The notes under the pieces are model-generated. The model searched no databases and was not told the DNA's origin. It saw only the letters and a list, made by a program, of their open reading frames with translations. A DNA stretch of 30,902 bases, taken from positions 1 through 30,902 of the forward strand of contig JAYOYH010000051.1 of assembly GCA_038153405.1 (NCBI GenBank). Direction: 5' to 3'. This document shows, one piece after another, positions 27,637 to 30,902 of the stretch. This stretch comes from Gemmatimonadota bacterium. GTDB taxonomy: Bacteria; Latescibacterota; UBA2968; UBA8231. How positions within the stretch are numbered: the stretch's first letter is position 1; the number at the start of each line of letters is the position of its first letter. Both the position numbers and the translations under genes were made by a program.

Positions 27637-29205
27637 TCAGAAAAAGCGGCTGTGCAGTCGAGCTTCTACGCCTTCGAATCCCAATATTTCGTAGCAGGTG
27701 CCCGACGTGCAGGCCAATCCCGAGCGCCGATGGCCGGCGAACAGGTTTAGATTGTGGTTGGTGCCTAGGTCGGCGTTGAGTGTGAGACCGCGCCACCACG
27801 TGGTGCCTGAGGGATCGGCACCGGTCGCCAGCACGTCTGTGCTGCGTTCGAGCTGCAGGGAGGCGGAAATTCCCGAACTGCGCTGAATGCCAACATTGAA
27901 GTAGAGATTGTTATAGGGGTATTTTGAGGAGCCAAAACGCCGATCTACAGTTTGGAATTGCGCGTCGAATTCGAGCGTATATTGTGGGTCGGCAGCCCAG
28001 GTCCACAGCGCGCCAAAGACGCGGTGTCGCAGGTCTTCAAGAATTTGGTTGCGGGTAAAATCGACGAAAAACTGTGCTTCCCAAGCTGTGCCAATCGGCG
28101 AGTGCAGCTGCAGAAACAGTTCGCGCAGGCTGCGGTCGTCGGATTTGCCGGGATCGCGTTGACGCACGGCGCGCGTCCAGTTGGCGGTGAGGATGTGCCC
28201 GCCGCTGGATGCATAGCTCAACTCGGCCTGAAAACCGCGCTCGTCGTCGGCCAGCAGGTCGTGCGTGATGCGGTTGAGCAGGTGGGCGGAGTGCTCGCGA
28301 ATCAGCGGAGGCGGATTGTTGATCTGGGTAAGGGCGAAATCGAAGTAGTCCTTGAATTCAGCGCTCAGTCCCCAGGGTCCGCTCGTCATCGCCATGGATA
28401 GATAGAGCGCGCGACCCCGTTCGCGGTCCAGTGATAGAAAATGCGCGAGGTCGGGGTCGCGCTGGGCATATTCGCCATAGATCTCGGCATTGACTTCGGA
28501 TAGGCCGAGCGCTGCCAGCAAACGCGCGAGGCGCAGGCGCGCGCTGAGGGCTGCACCCACTTCGCGTTGAGCGCCGATATCGTAGTGCAGCAGGCTCAGG
28601 CCGGTGTCCAAATATCGACGGGGTTGGAGCGTCAGCGCGCCGCCCTGGATGGTACCCTGACGCCGTTTAATTCCCCGGAGTCCAGGAGGGAGGTCGGAAT
28701 TAACCGGGGTGCCGCGCAGGAGCTGTAGGTTGCCCCACGACTTGCTGTAGCGCACGTGGAGTCCGTCGAGGTCGCTGACGATTTGATAGCGCCGGCGCTC
28801 GCCGCGCTGTTCGGTAATCACGCCGGGCAGTTCGAAAGCGCGCACGAGCAGGCCGCTGCCTACAATGGTGTAGAAATGGCCCAAGGTCGCCTGCAAGGGA
28901 CCGCGGCGATAGGACGCGAAGCGCTGGAGAATTTCGCCGTAGTTGCGGCCTGCTACGCTCGAGCCAAAGGCTTCAGTGCGAATGCCAACGCGAAGGTTGT
29001 TCAACGCGTAGCCGAAGTTTAACTGGTGGTATAGAGTGCGGAGGTCGTCGGGTTCGCGGTCGGGCATATTGCCGATCTGTAGTTCGCTCAGACTCGAAAG
29101 TTGCAGTTGAGCCTGAAGGGGAACAGCCAGGAGTGCGGCGATAAAGAGCAGAATCGATGGATTGAGCGGGCGCGTGGAGCACATCGCACTGAATAGGGAA
29201 CGCAT
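27637..29205 (-). CDS. DUF6029-like outer-membrane protein with C-terminal CxxxxC
   Basis: Signal peptide (VPLQA-Q); LGHFYTIVGSGL, NNPPPL, DERGFQ, RRSGLACTSGTCY..GFEG; ends RFF. Confidence 0.7.
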   Translation of the reverse strand: MRSLFSAMCSTRPLNPSILLFIAALLAVPLQAQLQLSSLSELQIGNMPDREPDDLRTLYHQLNFGYALNNLRVGIRTEAFGSSVAGRNYGEILQRFASYRRGPLQATLGHFYTIVGSGLLVRAFELPGVITEQRGERRRYQIVSDLDGLHVRYSKSWGNLQLLRGTPVNSDLPPGLRGIKRRQGTIQGGALTLQPRRYLDTGLSLLHYDIGAQREVGAALSARLRLARLLAALGLSEVNAEIYGEYAQRDPDLAHFLSLDRERGRALYLSMAMTSGPWGLSAEFKDYFDFALTQINNPPPLIREHSAHLLNRITHDLLADDERGFQAELSYASSGGHILTANWTRAVRQRDPGKSDDRSLRELFLQLHSPIGTAWEAQFFVDFTRNQILEDLRHRVFGALWTWAADPQYTLEFDAQFQTVDRRFGSSKYPYNNLYFNVGIQRSSGISASLQLERSTDVLATGADPSGTTWWRGLTLNADLGTNHNLNLFAGHRRSGLACTSGTCYEILGFEGVEARLHSRFF

Positions 29206-29251
29206 TGCGACAATATAGACAACGAGATTTGCTCGGCAAAGAGCCGATTTT

Positions 29252-29271
29252 TTCGCGGTTTAAACCGCGAA
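29252..29271. promoter_or_regulatory. Perfect 20-bp palindrome in divergent promoter region
   Basis: TTCGCGGTTTAAACCGCGAA is its own reverse complement. Confidence 0.65.
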
Positions 29272-29331
29272 GTACTCGTATACTTAAGGTGCGAGTGATA
29301 GAGAAATACACGAGGAGTTGAATTCGGTCTT

Positions 29332-29823
29332 ATGAGATGTAACGGAATTATTGTGCTGTGTCTGTTGATGGGCAGTATCGCCAGAGCGGAGAATGCACCG
29401 CAGCTAGTGTTGGAGAATATAGACGGCTCGACGTTTTCGCTGGCCGAAGCGCTCAAAGAGGGCCCCGTCGTCTTTGATTTCTGGGCGACGTGGTGCAAGC
29501 CCTGCATTAAGGGGTTGCCCAAGATGCAAGAGTTGGCCAGCGCTTATGCAAAACGGGGCGTGCAGGTGCTGACGATCAACATCGATGGCCCGCGCAACCG
29601 ACCCAAGGTGCGTCCCTTTATGAGGCGCTATAAGATCGATCTACCCGTTTTGCTGGACAATACAAACGAAGTATTGCAGTTGTTTCATCTGGCGGGTGTA
29701 CCCGCTTCGATGATCATCGCGTCCGATGGGACGGTATTTTACAAGCACGAGGGCTACCGGTCCGGTGACGCGGACAAACTCAGGAAAAAGCTGGACGAAT
29801 TATTGGCTCTTGAGGAGGAATAA
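29332..29823 (+). CDS. TlpA family thiol:disulfide reductase with signal peptide
   Basis: DFWATWCKPC, INID, cis-Pro GVP; ARA signal cleavage; AGGAG RBS. Confidence 0.92.
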   Translation: MRCNGIIVLCLLMGSIARAENAPQLVLENIDGSTFSLAEALKEGPVVFDFWATWCKPCIKGLPKMQELASAYAKRGVQVLTINIDGPRNRPKVRPFMRRYKIDLPVLLDNTNEVLQLFHLAGVPASMIIASDGTVFYKHEGYRSGDADKLRKKLDELLALEEE

Positions 29824-29826
29824 ATC

Positions 29827-30657
29827 ATGCGTATAGCACGTGTTGTCCTAGTGTCGGCTCTGCTCACCACGCTGGCTTTTGCCCAGTCTCGGGTGGGCGA
29901 ACCGGCCGCTGATTTCACGCTGTTTTCGCTGGATGGAGATGCAGTTTCGCTGAGCGATTTTAGGGGGCAGGTCGTGTTGATTAACTTCTTTGGCTTCAAC
30001 TGACCTTTCTGCATCGCGGAGGCCGCGAATATAGAAACCATTTGGCAAGAATTTGCATCCGAACACTTCCAAACCATCGGCTTAGACATGTATGACGGCC
30101 GCGCCGATCAGGTGCGGATCCAGTTTAAAGAGAATACCGAAACGACCTATCCCCTGCTGTTAGAGGCGAGTCCGATCGGTCCGCTATACGGCCTCGGGCG
30201 CGACTTTTATATGGTGATCGACCATCGCGGAATTGTGCGCTATCGCACGACCGATGGCGTCGGTCTGGGATCGCGCTTTGATGGAGTGAGCATTCGTGCG
30301 GCGATTGTAGAGGCGCTGGATGAACTGGCCCAGGAGCAGGCAGCCAGCACTTCCGTGGTGGAGGAAGAGGCCGTGCCGGATGCCTTTGGGTGGATAGTCA
30401 ACTATCCCAATCCGTTTAACGCCAGCACGTCGGTTTACTTTAATATAGCTCGAGCGGAATCGGTTACGTTGGATATATACGATGTGCGGGGGCGTTTGGT
30501 GCGTCGTCTTTGGGAAGGGCCTTTGACTGCCGGCGAGCACCAGATGCGCTGGGATGGGCGCGATGATGGAGGATTTGCCGCGGCCACCGGTGTTTATCTG
30601 AGCTGGCTACAATCCGCCAAAGAGACCCACGTGCAGAAAATGCTGCTGCTGCGCTGA
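29827..30657 (+). CDS. Selenoprotein: exported redoxin (TlpA/peroxiredoxin-like, U-P-F-C) with C-terminal FlgD-Ig/T9SS-like domain, 276 aa
   Basis: GAGGAGG RBS, ATG 29827, signal peptide, VGEPAADFTLFSLDG..VSLSDFRGQVVLINFFGFN-TGA-PFC; TGA 30001-30003 is in frame with ORF 30088-30657; NYPNPFN...WDGRD...GVYL...KMLLLR tail. Confidence 0.88.
30006..30037 (+). promoter_or_regulatory. Putative bacterial SECIS hairpin
   Basis: TTTCTG/TAGAAA lower stem, TCGCGG/CCGCGA upper stem, G-containing apical loop about 16 nt after the UGA. Confidence 0.72.
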
Positions 30658-30708
30658 ATGAATGCTTGATCAATGCTTCTGATTTCACGAGATCGAGGTA
30701 AGTAGACC

Positions 30709-30902
30709 ATGGAAAATTTGCCCATCAGCACTGACGTCCGACGCCTTTCGCCAGCCGAAGTAGAACAGTTTGACGAATGGGGCTATATACGGGGTTTGCC
30801 GGTTTTTGATGCGGCCGCCGTTCCCCATTTACAAAAGCGCCTGCACGAACTCGAAGCGGGCATGCCGGACGACGTGCCGATCAGCTCGGTCAATATGTGG
30901 CA
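30709..30902 (+). CDS. PhyH family dioxygenase, N-terminal fragment (3'-truncated by the window)
   Basis: GAGGT RBS; MENLPISTDVRRLSPAEVEQFDEWGYIRGLPVFD matches the PhyH start pattern L-S-x-x-E-V-x-x-F-x-x-x-G-Y. Confidence 0.7.
   Translation, partial: MENLPISTDVRRLSPAEVEQFDEWGYIRGLPVFDAAAVPHLQKRLHELEAGMPDDVPISSVNMW

Noticed and set aside
30088..30657. ORF-track 189-aa protein as an independent gene, or 29827-30003 as a nonsense pseudogene
   Set aside because: TGA sits precisely at the catalytic Cys position with a SECIS-like hairpin and no other lesions; ATG 30088 has no RBS
1..30902. CRISPR arrays, IS elements, integrases, prophage or defence genes
   Set aside because: No regularly spaced direct repeats or corresponding protein motifs were seen by eye

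Overview
Gene-dense, GC-rich (roughly 60% by eye) bacterial chromosomal window with about 28 CDSs. Gene content (several PhyH-family dioxygenases, Gfo/Idh/MocA oxidoreductases, BNR/sialidase-like propellers, stand-alone MnmD, DUF6029/TlpA, FlgD/T9SS-like C-terminal domain) suggests an FCB-superphylum lineage such as Ca. Latescibacterota; this is inference only. No tRNA, rRNA, CRISPR array or transposase was seen. Highlights: (1) an unannotated selenoprotein at 29827-30657, with a signal peptide, a thioredoxin/peroxiredoxin-like fold whose CxxC is U-P-F-C (in-frame TGA at 30001 followed by a SECIS-like hairpin) and a FlgD/T9SS-like tail; it sits with a TlpA and a divergent Cys-pair-bearing DUF6029-like outer-membrane protein, forming a candidate extracytoplasmic selenium-dependent redox system; (2) a ~250-nt highly base-paired intergenic RNA candidate at 2611-2859; (3) a structured deaD leader; (4) an internally deleted PhyH pseudogene; (5) a PhyH-like enzyme with HxS in place of HxD. 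All family calls are from motif recognition, not database searches.
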